Under the pieces are notes generated by a model that was not told the DNA's origin, made no database searches, and saw only the letters and a program-made list of their open reading frames with translations. A stretch of DNA of 64,000 nucleotides from positions 250,548-314,547 of the forward strand of contig CBFFRQ010000029.1 in the NCBI GenBank assembly GCA_965644315.1, in the 5' to 3' direction. How positions within the stretch are numbered: position 1 is the stretch's first letter; each line of letters opens with the position of its first letter. The translations under genes and the position numbers were made by a program. Of this stretch, positions 11,279 to 25,400 are shown in pieces. Origin of the DNA: Caecitellus pseudoparvulus (Eukaryota; Protista; Bigyra: Bicosoecida).

Positions 11279-14200
11279 TCAGGCGCCCGGCGGCCGCTGC
11301 AGCGCTGGAGGTGCCTTGATGGCGGGTGGTGCCTGTCCTGCCTCCTGGGGACTGCTGCGCTCCCCCATCGCCTCCGCCTTGGCCAAGAAGTCGCCCTCCT
11401 CCAGGGCGCCGGGCGGCAGCCAGGCGATGACGGGCACCAGGGCCACCAGCTGTGCCGCCCGCACCGTCTCGGAGATGAGGCGGGCGCTGAAGATGTTGCG
11501 CAGGGCCGTGTACACGACACTGATGACGATGAGGTTGGCCAGCAGGAGCCCGATGCCGAGGGAGCGCAGGTCATTCATGCGCTCGGCAAACTCCGCCTTG
11601 TCGGCGGCGATGGTGCGCCACAGGTCCGCACCCAGGCTCACGTGGTACAGGCGGTCCATCACGAACAACTGCTCCTGGCTGGCGATGGCCGAGGCATTGG
11701 TACCTGCCAGCTTCACTGTGCCGTCGTAGGTGGCGGAGTCAGTGGCGGAGCCGTAGGTGCACAGGGTGCTGTCGCGGGCGCCTGTAAACTGCGGCGCGTA
11801 GCACTGCAGCAGGGTGGCTGCCGAGAGGGAGAAGTAGTTCAGGAGGATGCTGATGCTCTGGTCCACTGACACGCCCAGTTGCTGTGGCGGCGCGAAGGCG
11901 ATGGCCTCCACGCGGACCTGCTCGTCAGGGGATGTCAGCGCTGGCTGCCCGGTCGTGGTGGTGTTGGCGGGTGTGGTGATGGCGGAGAGCAGGGAGAGAC
12001 TGGGCAGGTCCACCCCTGCGCGGGCCTCTGCCTGCTGGCTGGCGCGCACGAGGCTCACGCCCGAGTTCAGGCCGGCTGTGAGCTCCTGCAGCTCCCGTGT
12101 GGCGCGTGTGATGGCGTTGAGGGAGGTGGACAGTTCCACTGCGGCGGTGGCGGGGGACACCACCGCGCCGTCCCCGATGACCACCTCCCGGGCCAGCGTG
12201 GCGGCAGAGATGACGTGCGCAGCCCGCTCCCCTGCCAGAGACGTCAGGTCCACCACGACGTCCACATCCCCCACGGAAGCCACGGACACGGCGAAGGAAG
12301 ACACCACTGCCACTAGGAGGGCGATGACCGACACACACATCCACCAACGCACCGCCGTCAGCGTGTCACCCGACACCTTGTCCCACAGCTTGCGGGAGGC
12401 GGCCGAGTCACGCTTGCTCTCAGGCGCCTTGGGCTCTTTCGAGCGGTCTGCCTTGCGCTGCCAGGCGCTGACGCCAGTGGGCGCCGTCTTAATGACGTTG
12501 CCCCGCCCGCTGCTGCTTGCGTGGCGCAGCAGGAGCTTCTTGCTGCTGCCGCGCTTCTCTTCCGGTGGCGCGGTGGGTTTCAGGCGGCCTTCCTCGGCAG
12601 CTGCGGAGGAGCACGCCGCCTCCATCAGCACCATGCTCTGGCGGTGCTTGGCAGTGCTCTCGGCAACGCTCATGTCAGCGGCTGCCTTCAGCCCCTTGTC
12701 GTCGGAGTACTTGTGGATGGCAGACACGTAGCGCTTGGTGCTGGGCCCGATGCACATGTCCTGCTGCGTCCCCCCGCCGCCATCGACCGGCTGCACGGGG
12801 GTGCCATCCTCGTCCGAGCCCCACCCCCGCCCAACGCCGGACACGCCGTCCTCTGCCGACAAGTCGATGCTGGTGCCGAGCTTGGAGGGGTCCAGTCCCC
12901 ACAGGACATCCTCCAGCATGTCCCCTCGCTCCGTGTCAAAGGTCCCTGCCAGCTGCATGTAGTGCCGCCGAATCGTGCGGTACTTGACTGCCAGGTCCGC
13001 CACACTCTCAGAGGGCACTGCCTGCACCACGGCGATCATCTGCCGGCGCGTGTACCGCACCAGTGTCAGCACGGAGCGGAAGACGACGACGACGATGAGG
13101 GCGACGCAGAGCACGCCGAGGGCGACCAGGGCGCCGCCAGAGATGACCGCCACGCTGACCACGCTGGCATCGCGCGCCTTGAATGCGGCGGTGACCCCGC
13201 CGATCCTGGCCTCCCGCCCCATGAAGCCGTTGCGCGAAGCGAGGGCCCAGGACAGGCTGCGCGCTCCAAAGGACGTCGATGAAGGCGTGCCCCCCGTGTT
13301 GGCACCGTCGCAGGCCAGGGCGGGGGCCGCCTGGTCAGCGGTGGCGCCCTTCGCCAGCAACAGCGCGTGGCTGCCCAGCACGTTGCCGTAGTCCCACAGG
13401 GACACCTGCAGGAGGGCCAAGTCGTCCATGACGCCGCAGGCTGCTGTGCCCAGGGATGTGTTGCCTGACGCAGTGGGGGCCGGCGAGGAGTCGCCTGCCC
13501 GCAGCGCCAAGGAGGCCGCCACTGTGGTGGACAGGGCAGCTGGCACGTGCAGGGCCCTGAGGGGCTCCACCCACTGCTCCTCCACATCCGTCTGCACAGC
13601 ATCGGAGCCGCCGGCGCCGTCCTCTGACACCGCCCTGAACAGGGACGAGTGGAAGCGCAGGAACACCTCAGTGGACTCCAGCAAGCGACTGCGCGCCTCC
13701 ACCACCGCCAGCGCCGCCGAGTTGTTGGAGAAGGCGGGCGGGGGTGTGCTGCCGGCGAAGGACGGCACGCCAGCGCGACCCGCCTCCACCGCGGCAATGT
13801 TCACATCCCGGGCGTGCTGTGTCACCTGCACGCCCAGGTTGCGCCAGAGGGCCCAGTCCAGGGTCAGGTCCAGCGTGTCCTGCGTGCGGGTCAGCATGAC
13901 CTCGTTGGCGGTGAAGGTGCCCACTGCCAGCAGGGCCAAGGCCGTGATGAAGCCAGTCAGCCAGGCACGCGCAGAGGCGAGGGGGTGCCGGGCAGCGCGC
14001 CGCCCAGCCGCCCTCGTGTTGCCGGCGTGCCTGGCAGGGTCGCTGCTGTGCCCGAACCAGTCCCCCATCATGCCCCTGCCCTCGCCCTGCCCCTGCACCA
14101 CGGCGACAGGCCCCGAGGGGCCCACCGCCACCGCATCCAGGCCGTGCGTGATGCCACTGCGCCCTCGGCGGGCTGCCGCCAGCAGCAGCAGACTCGTCAC

Positions 14201-17200
14201 GCTGTGGGCGTCGTCATCTTCCCCGTGGCTGTCAAAGGCGCTGGTGTCAGTGGCCTCGTCGCCGCCCCCGGCGCCAAATGCAGTGGCGTGGGCCGGCACC
14301 TCCCCCCGCTCCACGGCGCCCTGCACCTCCATGTTGGCGTACGCCTTGTCCAGGACGCGGTGGGCCAGGTCTGTGTCACCCACCACGTGCAGCAGGAACA
14401 ACCCGTACGACTTCATGGCCACGGGGGAGCTGGGGAAGGTCTTGATCAGCGCCACGTACGCAGAGTCGGCCTTGGTCGTGCAGGTGTGGATGACGTGCAG
14501 CAGCTCAGCCAGCTGCGCGTTCACGGTGGCTGCCGCAGCCTCCCGCACCGCCTCCGACTGCGCTTCAGACGCGCCCAGCAGCGCCTCCACCGCCTCGTCC
14601 TCCTCCACGTCCTCAGCCGGCGTGTCCAGGCCTGTGCCTGGAGAGGGTGGTCGCTGCGGCGCAGTGGCGCCACCACTCTGCCGGGGATGCCTCAGCGCAG
14701 GCTCGGGGGCCTCCTCCGCAGGCGCCAGCCCAATGGCCTCATCCAGGCTGATGGGGCCCTTGTCACGTTGAGAGGGCCGCATGGCAGCGGCGGCCTGGGC
14801 GGCGGCGCCCTCCCCCCCGTCAGCCTGCCCCCGCTCCTGCCGCAGGCGAGCATGCCGGGCCGACCGCAGCGCCCTGACGGTGCGGAGGGAGCGCTGGGAT
14901 CGCCCTGACAGGGCACTCCGGCCACTGCGAGCGGAGGAGGGGCGCATTTCAAAGGCAAAGCTGCCAGGGCGGCGAGGGGAGGCGGCTCCCCCGCCCTGGC
15001 CCGTGCCGTCACCCCCCGCCAAGGCCAGGTGCATCTGCATCACCAACTGCTCTGCCACGTCGCGGGAGGTGAGTTGGCGCTGGTGCCCCGTGAGGGGGCT
15101 CTGCAGGATGAAGCTGGCCTTGCGCCCCAGCGTGCGCCCGCGGGTCATGGGGGGAGACCGGGCCGCCAGGGCGCCGTCCAAGGAGTGCCGGCGGCCGACG
15201 GTGGAGCGGGAGCGGGTGGACTTGCGGGGTGGAGAGGCCTCGTGCCGGACACGCTTTGAAGTCCCTTGTGAGGGGGCCTTCGACGACTTGGAGAGGAAGG
15301 GGGGTGGCGGGCGGCCCGATTCCCCGGCCTCTTCCTGCTCCTCCTCGTCTTCCTCGATGATGGCAGAGGGCAGGGGCGTGGCGCCCTCCTCCGGCTCGGG
15401 GACGCCCTCGGACACCATGTACGTCTCGTGGTACTGGTGCATGATGTGCCACATGGTGGCCAGGGCACCGACGGCCTGCAGGTGGTTGTCCCGGGCCTGT
15501 GTGAACAGCTGCTCGAACTGCATGATGGAGATGGAGTCCAGCGCCTCCCCCAGCTCCGCCGCCTGCTTCACCGACCTCCACGACTGCAGCTTGGTGAAGA
15601 GCTGGAACTGCAGGTCCATGGCGGCGGTGCGCGAGAGGCGCTTGGCCGCCATGAGCAAGGCCACCGCCTCCACGCCGCTGGCACGGTGCAGGAGGATGAA
15701 AGTGGACCTCGCCAGGCGCAAGAAGATGGAGGAGGGGAAGACGTTGAGGCCCGCCCGGAAGACGACGTCAGCCTGGGCGATGGAGGCGGCGGAGATGACG
15801 GCCGGCGACAGCAGCATGCGGGACATCAGCTCCACATCACTCGCGAACAGCCAGTACTGGTCCACGATGGACGCCAGCGTCACGTGCCCCGCGCCCTTCC
15901 ACTTGCCTCCGCAGCAGTCCCGCTCCACCTTGCCCTTGCCCGCCTGGCGTTGGTGGATGAGGGCCTGCGCCGTCACCGAGTGTCGCCCAGCACGCCCCTG
16001 CACCACCTTGGGTGTGCGGGCGGCCAGGGTGGCGGTGGACTGGGCACGCCCCGTGCCCCGCCGGCGCATGCCCTGCTTGCGCATGCTGCTGTCGTAGTCC
16101 ACCGTACTGGAGCAGCAAGTGCAGAAGAGCCAGTGCAGCGTGGTGCCTGCCGACCACAGCAGGCGCGAGATGGACCAGAAGCAGCAGTACTGCGCGCCAC
16201 ACCCGCAGCAGCAGCAGAAGCAGCCACAGCAGCAGCCTTCAGGCGGCACCAGCACTTCGTAGTCATCTGTCAACACCTTGGACCGCCCGGGGCCACCCTT
16301 TCGCTGCAGGGGGGAGGCGACGGGCGTGTGGCTGAGGCCGCCACCGCCCACGCCCCAGGCCACCTGCCGCAGGCTGGAGTCGGGCCGGGCAGGGTGCCCC
16401 TCCCCACTGCTCATGGTGGAGGAGCGCCTGGCAGGCAACTCTCGCGTGGGCTCGGGGGACCTCACGTCCACGCCGCCCTTGCTCCCTCGAGGGGCGCGGG
16501 GGGGGGGCTTCGGGGGCCCCTTCACCTTACGGACCTCCAGGGACCGTGAGCGGGGCACGGTGACGACGCGCCCGCCGGCGATGCCTGTCTCCCCCACACT
16601 GGGCCGACGGCGGGTCGCCTTGGCCTCCCCTGCGAACACCACCGCCGTGGCCGCCTCCGGCTCACTGTAGGGTGTCGTGCGCCCAGCACCTGGCAGGTGG
16701 GACTCGTGGCTGGCCGCGTGGGCAGGGAAGGAGGTGGAACGTGCCGATATGGGCACGCTGGGCGCCTGTTCGTCCCCGCTGGAGCCCCCCTCCTCATCCA
16801 GCAGCACCGCAACCCGTGCGGCAGCCATGCTCACCTCCCCGCTGGTGCGCCCGTCGCCGGTGGAGGACGGCGGGCGCTGCAGGAAGCCTGGCGCTGTGGG
16901 CAACACCTTGGCCCCGGCAGCCGCGTAGCGCGTGACGGCGGTGGTGCCTTCTGCTGCCGCGTGCGAGACGTCCTTGCCAAACACGATGCGGGCGGTGGCT
17001 GCGGCGATGGAGCTGTCTGAGAACAGCTTGGCCGCCTGTGCGTCTCGCCCCGAGTCCCCCGCTGCCGAGGTCACGTCCCGCCCGTGTACCAGGCGGCTCA
17101 CGGCACGGTCGTGGTTGCGGAACATGCCTGCCGAGTCCAGCGCGCCCCCACGGGCAGACTCCAGGAAGTCCTGCACGTCTGCACCGGCGCTGTCCTGGGC

Positions 17201-18840
17201 CACCTGCGCCTCCGCCCACTCCGTGTCACCCTCCGTGGAACCCTCAGTGGCCACGGACAGCCGGCGCAGGCGCGATGTGCCGCCGCCGCCGCCGCCGCCG
17301 CCAGAGGGACGCCGCCCGTGACTGGGTGGGAGGGCAGGCGTGGTGGTGCCACTGACGTCCTCCGGGCCAGTCGTGGGTGCAGTGGTCATGGGCATGCGGA
17401 CCTGGCGCGGGGCGGCCTGGGGAGACAGGCTGCCGCTGGGGGGCGCAGAGTCCGTGGCTGCGGACCTCTTGTGGCGGGCGGGGTCCTGCACCAGCCACGC
17501 CAGCTGCAGGAATTGCCAGTACCGGTAGCGCACCCACGCCACAGCGGCCAGGGCGACGAAGAGGGACAGGGCGTTCCAGCCGCCGTACACGGCGACGTGG
17601 TACACCCACCAGTCATCGCCAGGCGGGTCCACCGTGTCCAGCTTCGCGTCCAGGAGGGGGCTGTAGAAGCGTGCTGCCCGCACCAGCACGCCCCCCAGTG
17701 CCACCCACGTCAGGGCACCGTAGGAGCCCACCATGATCTCGTTGGTGATGGACCGGAAGTACGGCAGCGTGACGCCTGTGAAGGCAGTCTGCATGCTCAG
17801 CAGCAGGATGGCCACGAGGCCCAGTGAGAAGGGCTGCCCTGGGTCCAGCGTGGCCATGCCGGTGAGGATGGTGCGGACGAGGGTGTCCAGCATGTCCACG
17901 CGGCCCGACACCCGCGACAGGACGCTGGAGGAGAGGGGGTTGTCTTGGAAGTAGGTGAGGCGCACGAAGAGGGCGCCAGGCACCAGCACAGCCAGCGTCA
18001 TGGCTGAGAAGATGCGCAGGAAGAGCACAGCGGGGTGGCTGCAGGAGGCCACCTGCCCGCCCGTCAAGTCTCCCTCGTCCAGGGTGGAGGTGCTGACGTC
18101 GCCATTCACGGCGGCCTGCACCCCCACGACGTCGTCCGTGACCACGGCAGGGTTGTCCACCGACGCAGAGGGCGGGCCGATGAAGGAGAGCAGGGCGTCG
18201 CAGTTGAAGGGGATGAGCATGACTCGCAGGACGGGGATGTATGCCACTGTCACGATGAGCACGACCAGGACGCGCAGGAGGCGCAGGGCCCACAGGTGAG
18301 CGTACCGCCCCGACACGATGATGTTCCCCACGAACGTAGCGGTGATGACGGTGACCCACACCAGCGCCGCGGCGATGGCGAAGCCAGTGTAGTACAGCGC
18401 AGGCTGCCGCACCAGCACGAGCAGGTCAGTCGTGCTGGCCACACGGAGCCAGGAAAAGTACCGCGTGGGCCATCCAAAAGCCACGCTCAACAAGAGGGAG
18501 AGGATTTCAGCCACGCCCACCAGCACGATGAGCTGTGGGAGGGGGTGGTGGGCGGCGCACGTGATGGCTCAACACATCGCCAGCGTTACACCTCCTTGGC
18601 GTCGCCCTGCACGCACCACGTCCGCCAGCTTCGTGCTAGTGCTGGCCCTGTGCTGCTCCGTCATGACATTCAGAATCTGTGTGGCAGGAGGCGGTGCCAG
18701 CGTGCAGGTTGGCCGGGAAAAAGCCTGCAGCGTCGAGCGCTGCCGCAGCGACGAGGCTGTGCAGGCTTCCGTACCTTGAACGCTGTGGAGAGCCATGGCG
18801 ACAGGTTCATGCGCAGGGCGTTCAAGCTCGAGGTCTGCAT
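11279..18840 (-). CDS. Tiny-macrocysts TmcB/TmcC-like large multipass membrane protein (~2460 aa)
   Basis: ATG 18840; introns 18774-18677 and 18616-18533; N-terminal multi-TM block; LDSISIMQFEQLF..HLQAVGALATMW and ADSAYVALIKTFPSSPVAMKSYGLFLLHVVGD resemble the TmcB/C helical region; two C-terminal TM-extracellular-TM modules. Confidence 0.72.
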
Positions 18841-19324
18841 GGTGGTCGTCTGGCTGCTGCCCCGGGCCAGCGGCGGGCGCCGATCGATGCGTCACTGCAG
18901 GTCTCTTGGACTGCGTCAGAAACGCTTTCTGCGAAGCTGCCTCCAGCCACGAATGGCTCGCCGCTGCTGCTGTGGCGAGGGACGCAACACACAGGTGGTG
19001 TGGGAATGACCGCGCTCCGTAGCGCTGATCCTCCAGCCCACGAGATTGTTTTGACCACCGAATGCCGTGGCAGAGCAGGTGCGCATGCTGTGGTTTCGCA
19101 GTCTTTTTTTGAGTCCTGCGGAAGGCTGGCCAGTCTTCCTGGCCAGTCGGTCGGAAGGTGCAAGCAGTGCACCCCGCCGCTCAAACACCGCCCAGCATCA
19201 ATCCCAGCGCTTGCGAGCGAGCCACCTCCCTCCGCACATGCCGGTGGGCACTGCAGGGGCCAGAGTGAGCAGGCAGCTGGCCAGCGTGTTGCTGAGCTGC
19301 AGAGGTGCACCTGCCGACGGCAAG

Positions 19325-21276
19325 ATGAGCACAGGCTCTCCAGCTTATGCAGCAAGCTATGAAATCCCAGAGTCGGTCATGCAGCAGCGCGGTGACGCCA
19401 TTGCCTCTTCCCTGGCTGCCAGGCAACGTGCGTGGGAGCGGCGTTTCGCATGCCTTGCCCACCCGCTGCGGCGGGGCCAGAGCACTGCCCCCTTGCACGT
19501 ACGGCGCGATTCCTCCACGTCCAGGTGACATGATTCGCATGTCCATGTTGGACCAGCATCGCCAGCAGTGAGTCCTGCCCCCAGCGCATCACCAGGCGCT
19601 GCACATCGACGGCTGCAGCAGGTGCAAGTGAAACGCTGCCGAGCCGTCCTCACGGTGTGCTGCCGCTGCCGCTGCGCAGGTCCCTCAGCGCGCTGCCCGT
19701 CGGCAACGCAGGCCTCTCTGCATTGGCACCCCTGCCTTCCCGTGCTCATGGCCTGCCCTATGCAGGTGCCGCCTCCCGGGGGGTGCGCCGCGAGCCGCGG
19801 GATGCAGCTGGCTTGCTGCAGCGGGCCGACGCAGTGCTGGCGCAGCGGGGCAGGCCTTCGCCGCACAGACACGCCCCTGAAGCAGCACTGCTGGCGCCCG
19901 TCACGCCGGCAGTGCAGCATGCCCCGTTGCCGGCGCCACACCCAGTGCAGGCTGCACCCCAGCACAGCCTGCCCCCAGCGGCAACGGCAGCTGCGCCCCA
20001 TCCTCTGCAGCGGGCATTCGCAGACCCAGTGCAGCGGTCCCAGGAGGTGCTGGCCGTGGCAGATTCTCTCGCTTCGCGCCGCGCTGCAGAGGTGGCCCGG
20101 GCGCAAGCCGCTGCGCAGGCCCACACGGAGGCGGTGGCGGCGGCTCAAGCGGCGGCGGCGGCGGAGGCTGCACGGCAAGCGGCAGAGGCGGCAGCTGCCG
20201 CTGAAGCAGCTGCAGCACGGCAGCGCGCCGAGGCGTCGGCCCGTCGTGCAGCGCTCGTGGCGGAGCTGGAGGAGCTGGAGACAGCTGTGGCGGCGGCAGA
20301 GGCAGGTCTGGCCGAGGCGCAGGGTGACCACCTGGAGGCCTCCACAGAGCTGGCCAAGGTGGTCAAGTACACCAAGGAGCTGCTGCAGCAGGTGCAGAAG
20401 GCCAAGGGGGTGTGGAGCCCCACGCCGCGCTCCAGTGTGGCGGTGCAAACGGGTGAGGCTGGAGCTCGGGCAGGTGTGGTGGCCCCCCCTCTTGGCCTGC
20501 AGGCGGCGGCGGACCTGAGCAAGGCAGCGGAGGCGGCGACAGAGGTGTTGCAAGGTGTGCCGTCTCCTCTCCCCACACCTGGATCCGCTGCAGCGCAGGT
20601 CGGCAGCTGCGACCCCACCACCGCCGAAGCAGAGGCTGCCGTGGCGAGTGACGCCAGCGCACCGCCGACAGAGGCGGCAGCCCCTGCCCCTGTGCCAGCA
20701 GAAGCACCCACTCCACCCAGGGCTGACGCCTCCAGCGCGCCAGGTACCAGCGACAGCAGCCCCCTTGCGTCGGCATTTGGGCGGGGACACTGGCGCACGC
20801 TCTTCTCTTCAGACGCCTCAGCGCCCGTGTCCACGCCAGGCACAGCCCTGGCGTCCATTGTCAAGGGCACTCCTGCTCCTGGAGAGGGCGCTGCGCCAGC
20901 TTCTGTGGCTGACGTTGGGAGGGGGCCCCCTGCACCCCCCTCAGGCCGACAGGGGCCCCACACCCTGGACAGTGTGCGGGCAGACATGGAGGCAGCCCGA
21001 CCCCGCCGCTCAGCCAAGGTGGAGTTCTTGCAGCAGGGCGACGGGCGAGGTGCGGGCGAGGACAGCCCCCTGGCCCGGGCCAAAGGGCTGACCCCAGAGA
21101 GCAGCGCCTATGCGGAGCTGGCTGCCATCGACCAGCACCTGGCAGACATCGGCGCCAGGGTGCAGGCGGCCAAGGTCTCAGCAGCCGCCAAGGGCAGACA
21201 CCCACGTGCCACGGGCCGCCTGGTGTCGCGCCGTCAGGCTGCTGCTGCTGCCCGCCCTCTGGCGCCGCCGGCGTGA
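19325..21276 (+). CDS. Hypothetical Ala/Pro-rich protein with central coiled coil
   Basis: ATG 19325; GT-AG introns 19428-19524 and 19568-19679 link in frame to the 539-aa ORF; coiled coil LVAELEELETAVAAAE..ELAKVVKYTKELLQQVQK; no family recognised. Confidence 0.6.
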
Positions 21277-21334
21277 CCTCATGGGAGGGGGGCGGGTCAG
21301 GCTGTGCATTGTGGGTGGGCAGGTGGCGGGAGCG

Positions 21335-22135
21335 CTACCGACTGGCGGCAGTGGCTTCTCTGTGTGCCGCCAAGGCATCGGGGTGGATGTCAAACACGAC
21401 AGGCAGGTGCTTCAATGCAAAGGTGCCGTCCAACAGGCAGGCGTTCACGACGGCAGTGGACCCCAGTGCCCCGGCGCCGTACCCGTGGTGGTTGTGTCCG
21501 TGCACTGCAAGGAAGGGCTGCACGCGCCGCAGGGTGCTCTCCAACTCGGCGCAGGCGGCGGAACCTGACATCTTGCCGAGACCTGTCGGCGGGCCATGTG
21601 TCAGCAACACATCCACCTCGTCGGGGATGGCGCTGTACGCCGCCGCCAGCTCGGCAGAGTCCCGCTCGAAGGGCTGGAAGTTGGTGTTGGTGCTGTGGGG
21701 GCTGTTGGGCAGGTGCCACGGCGTGCCGTACACCCGGATGTCGGTGCCTGGCACGGCGGCCTCCGTGTCCTGCAGGTACAGCACGCTGGGCAGGACAGCC
21801 CGCACCTTGTCGGGGCCCAGCTCGGCGGCAGTCGTGTCGTGGTTGCCAGAGATGGCCATGGCGGTGTGGAAGCCCTTGGCGGCCTTCTGCTCGGCCACCC
21901 ACTGCCCGAAGTCGTACAGGGTGTCCATGCCCCGCTGCAGGGGGTCAGACAGCCCCGCGTCGCGCAGCAGCATGTCGCCAGCGTGCAGTAATACGTCGCC
22001 TTCCGGCAGGTCCACTGAGCGGTGCTGCCCATGAGTGTCGCTGATCAGGACAAAGCGGATGGCTCCTCGCGCCTTGGCCATCTGGTTGGACACCACCGCC
22101 GTGGCGCCGCGGGAGGCGTACAGGAACTTGGCCAT
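21335..22135 (-). CDS. Calcineurin-like metallophosphoesterase (MPPED1/2-like)
   Basis: Motifs FVLISDTHGQH, GDVLLHAGD, ISGNHD, YLQD, VYGTPW, IPDEVDVLLTHGPP, VHGHNHHGYG, VVNAC; start uncertain, upstream exons possible. Confidence 0.88.
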   Translation of the reverse strand: MAKFLYASRGATAVVSNQMAKARGAIRFVLISDTHGQHRSVDLPEGDVLLHAGDMLLRDAGLSDPLQRGMDTLYDFGQWVAEQKAAKGFHTAMAISGNHDTTAAELGPDKVRAVLPSVLYLQDTEAAVPGTDIRVYGTPWHLPNSPHSTNTNFQPFERDSAELAAAYSAIPDEVDVLLTHGPPTGLGKMSGSAACAELESTLRRVQPFLAVHGHNHHGYGAGALGSTAVVNACLLDGTFALKHLPVVFDIHPDALAAHREATAASR

Positions 22136-22462
22136 GGTGTGCCGCGGAAATTGCTGCCCACGCACGCGTGCACCGGCGGGGGCGCCCTGCGCAGGGGGGG
22201 CGAGTGGAAGGCGCGCAGAGGCGCCTGGGTGGGCAAACTGAACAATCACGAGCATGTGCTGGGGTTTGTGGTGTGAGCGCACTCACCGTCTGCCCCTGCA
22301 GCACCCCACGCTGGCGATCGGGGACTCTGGTGGCGCACGCGTTGCCGTGACCAGGCTCGGCACCGGCGACGCCCCCGCCCTGCAGCGCCCACGCCTGTGC
22401 GCAGGGAGCAGCCCGTAGCACGACTCCTCAACACACCTGGGAAGCTCGCGACAGTCAGTGGG

Positions 22463-25400
22463 ATGAACCTGCTCTCACGTCTGCATGGCCGGCGGTGCGG
22501 GTCGTCGAGCGTGCGGCGCCAGCGAGTGAGGGAGGTGGGCACGGACGTAGAGGAGGCCCTGGCATGGTACGGACGCCAGGCCGACATCGGGGAGGATGAC
22601 AAGGGTGTGCTGCGATCCCTGCAAGGGCTGCATGCGTGGAACACCACGCGAAGTTGCGAACCCACTGCGGCGTCCTGCGCCAGTACACATGTACGTGATG
22701 TTCACGAAACGTGGCTGAAACGTCCCCCCGCCACTGCGCCCCTCCTGCGCACCCCCTGCACAGGCGCTGGCGTCTGTGCTGCACCTGAACTCTGACCACG
22801 CGTCAGTGGACCGCGCAGTGGACGTCGTCGTGCGCAGCGACGGCCTGCAGGTCGTCCTGGCAGCGCTGCACCGCCTGTCGGCACACCTGCTGCGAGCGCC
22901 AGCCCTGGCGCCAACGACGACGCGGGCCCTGTGCAGCATGGCGTCGGACCTGCTGGCTGTCCTGCGCAACATCGCCTACGTCAGCAGCCAGGCGGACTAC
23001 CTCCTGCACCGCACCGCCACGCTCTCCCTCGTCCTCTCCTTCCTGCCCCTCCCAGACTGCTTCGACCTGGCCGTGCTGGCAGGGGAACAGCTCCTGTCCA
23101 CACGGGGGCCCTACGGTATCCCGCGCCTGCTGGACTTGCACGGCGTCATGCCTGCCCTGCTGGCACTGGACCCCACCCGCCTAGCCGCCGCCAGCCGCCT
23201 CCTGTCCCTGCTCGTGTACGAGCCGGAGCGCTCCAACGCGGAGGTGCCCCTGTCGGCAGCCAGCCTGGTGGCGCATTGGGAGGAGGAGCGTGTGCAGTAT
23301 GCCCGTGCACGAGCAGGGGCTGCGCCGCTGCAGCCCCTGCCCCTGGCGGCGGAGGACGTGGAGGTGCATACGCCACTGCATGTGCGCATGACGGTGACGG
23401 AGAACCAGCTGGTGGTGTCCCACGCCACCCTGCTCATCCCCCGCCTGGTGGCGCTGCTGTCCACGCTGCCGCCGCCACCCGTGCGCGAGGGGCTGCACCT
23501 GCTCACGCCCCGCCCTCTCACCCCTGCCGCCAACGATGCCCTGCGCCAACAAATGGCAGCCATGCCCAATGGCGCTGCCACGCTGCAGGGGCTGGGCGCA
23601 CACCCCCACGCGGCGCTGGACGTGTTGACTGACATGCAGCTGAGCACCCTGGCTGCCACCGCCCGTGTGCCTCCGGATGTCCTCATGACTGCCCTGCGCA
23701 GCACGCCAGGCGTGCACGTGGACCTGCCCCCCCTGGAGGAGGGGGAGGCGGAGGACGCCAGACTGGCCGCCCCCATGCAGGAGGGGGGGGAGGCTGCCAT
23801 GGCCATGACCTGGCCTGCTGCTGGCACTGGGGCGTTCGTCCCCCTGGACCCCGCCGCGCCGCTGCCGCTGAAGGAGGAGGAGGCGACAGACGTGCGCCTG
23901 GTGGGTGGGAGCCCCTCGTCGGCCCCGGTCCCCGCCGCCGACGCGCCCAGTGAGGCGCTGGGCGCTGGGGCGGAGGCCGCTGCGGGGCACTTGCTGCGGC
24001 ACGTGCACGCGTCGCCGTCACCGCCGCCGCCGCCGCCGTCCCTGCCCCCCCTGGCTCTGCGCGACGTCGCCCGTGCCCGCATGGGCGACATCGGCGCCTT
24101 CGTCTCTGCCCTGGCAGTGCTGCCGGAGTCCTCACGGTACACGGCAGGCGCCGACATGGTGCTGCTGGCCATGGCCCGGGGGCGGCCTGGCTTCGTCGTG
24201 AGTGGCGTCGTGAACGCGACAGTGGGGGAGGTGGGCCGGGGGCGGGGCGGCGCGGCGGAGGCGTGGTGGGCCTCTGCCGAGCAGCTGCGCAGGCTGTCCA
24301 AGCTGTCCCCCGCCGAGGCCAGCACTGGGGCAGCAGGGCCCACACCGGAGGACGGCGCCTGGCCTGGCGCGCGGTTCGGCCCGGCACTGGTGAGGCTGCG
24401 AGCGGCTGCGGCGCTGGGCGGCGTGGCGCGGCCCAGCGTGCAGGAAGCCCTCACGGCAGAGGCCTGGGAGAACGCGCGCGCCCTGTTCCGCGTGCCCTTT
24501 TCCGAGGAGGCCTTCGCCGGCCCCATGCTGCGCGTGGCGGCGCTGCTGGCGTCGGCCTGTGCCAGTGCCCCACAAGGCCATGAGGTGCGCGGTGAGGGGG
24601 GGGCTGAGGCCAAGGCCATCTTCTCAGAGGCAGACTTGCTGCCGGAACCCCGACGTGGCGGCGTGGTGAAGGTGGCCTTGTCCCAGCCGCCTGGCGGGGC
24701 CGCCTCGCCCGCCCTCCAGACCGACCCCGTCGCCCTGCACGACAGCGGCAGTGACACCAGCAGTGACACCGGCAGCGAAGAGGGGGGGGAGGAGGGGGAG
24801 GAGGCGTCTGACAGCCTGCTGGAGAGCATGCTAGCCATGCTGCCAGCCCACCTGCAGGCCCTGCTGCAGCACATGCCTGGCGTGCAGCGCACAGCCCTTC
24901 TGCGCTCCATGGGTGCGGGCCGGGCACCCGACATGGGCCCACGCCCCGCACCCCCATCCGCCCCCGTCCCGACACCGCTGGCCCCAGATGCCGCCGCCGC
25001 CATGGAGCGCGAGCTGGGGCGCATCGTGACCCTGGCGGGTGGGGACCGGGGGCACGCCCACGCCTCCCTGGCAGTGCGCCGGACAGACCTCCTGGCGTGG
25101 TGGAGGCAGCACCTGCGCTCGGCATTCGCCGACCTACCCCGGCCAGCGGAGGAGGATGACGTCCCCCGGGCCTGGGCGAGCCGGCGGCGAGACCGCCCCG
25201 TCCCGCCCCCCAGCCTGGTGCACGTGCAGGCCCGGGAGCGCCTGGTGGGGCTGCGGGTGCAGGAGGCCGCCATCCGGGGCCGGCACACTGACATCCTCTG
25301 CGTGTTGGCAGGCCTGGCAGGCGGCAAGTTGCGGCGGTTCGTGACGGAGGCCATGCTGGCGGCTGGGCTGCCGCGCGTGCTGTGGCGGCAGGTGGCGGAC

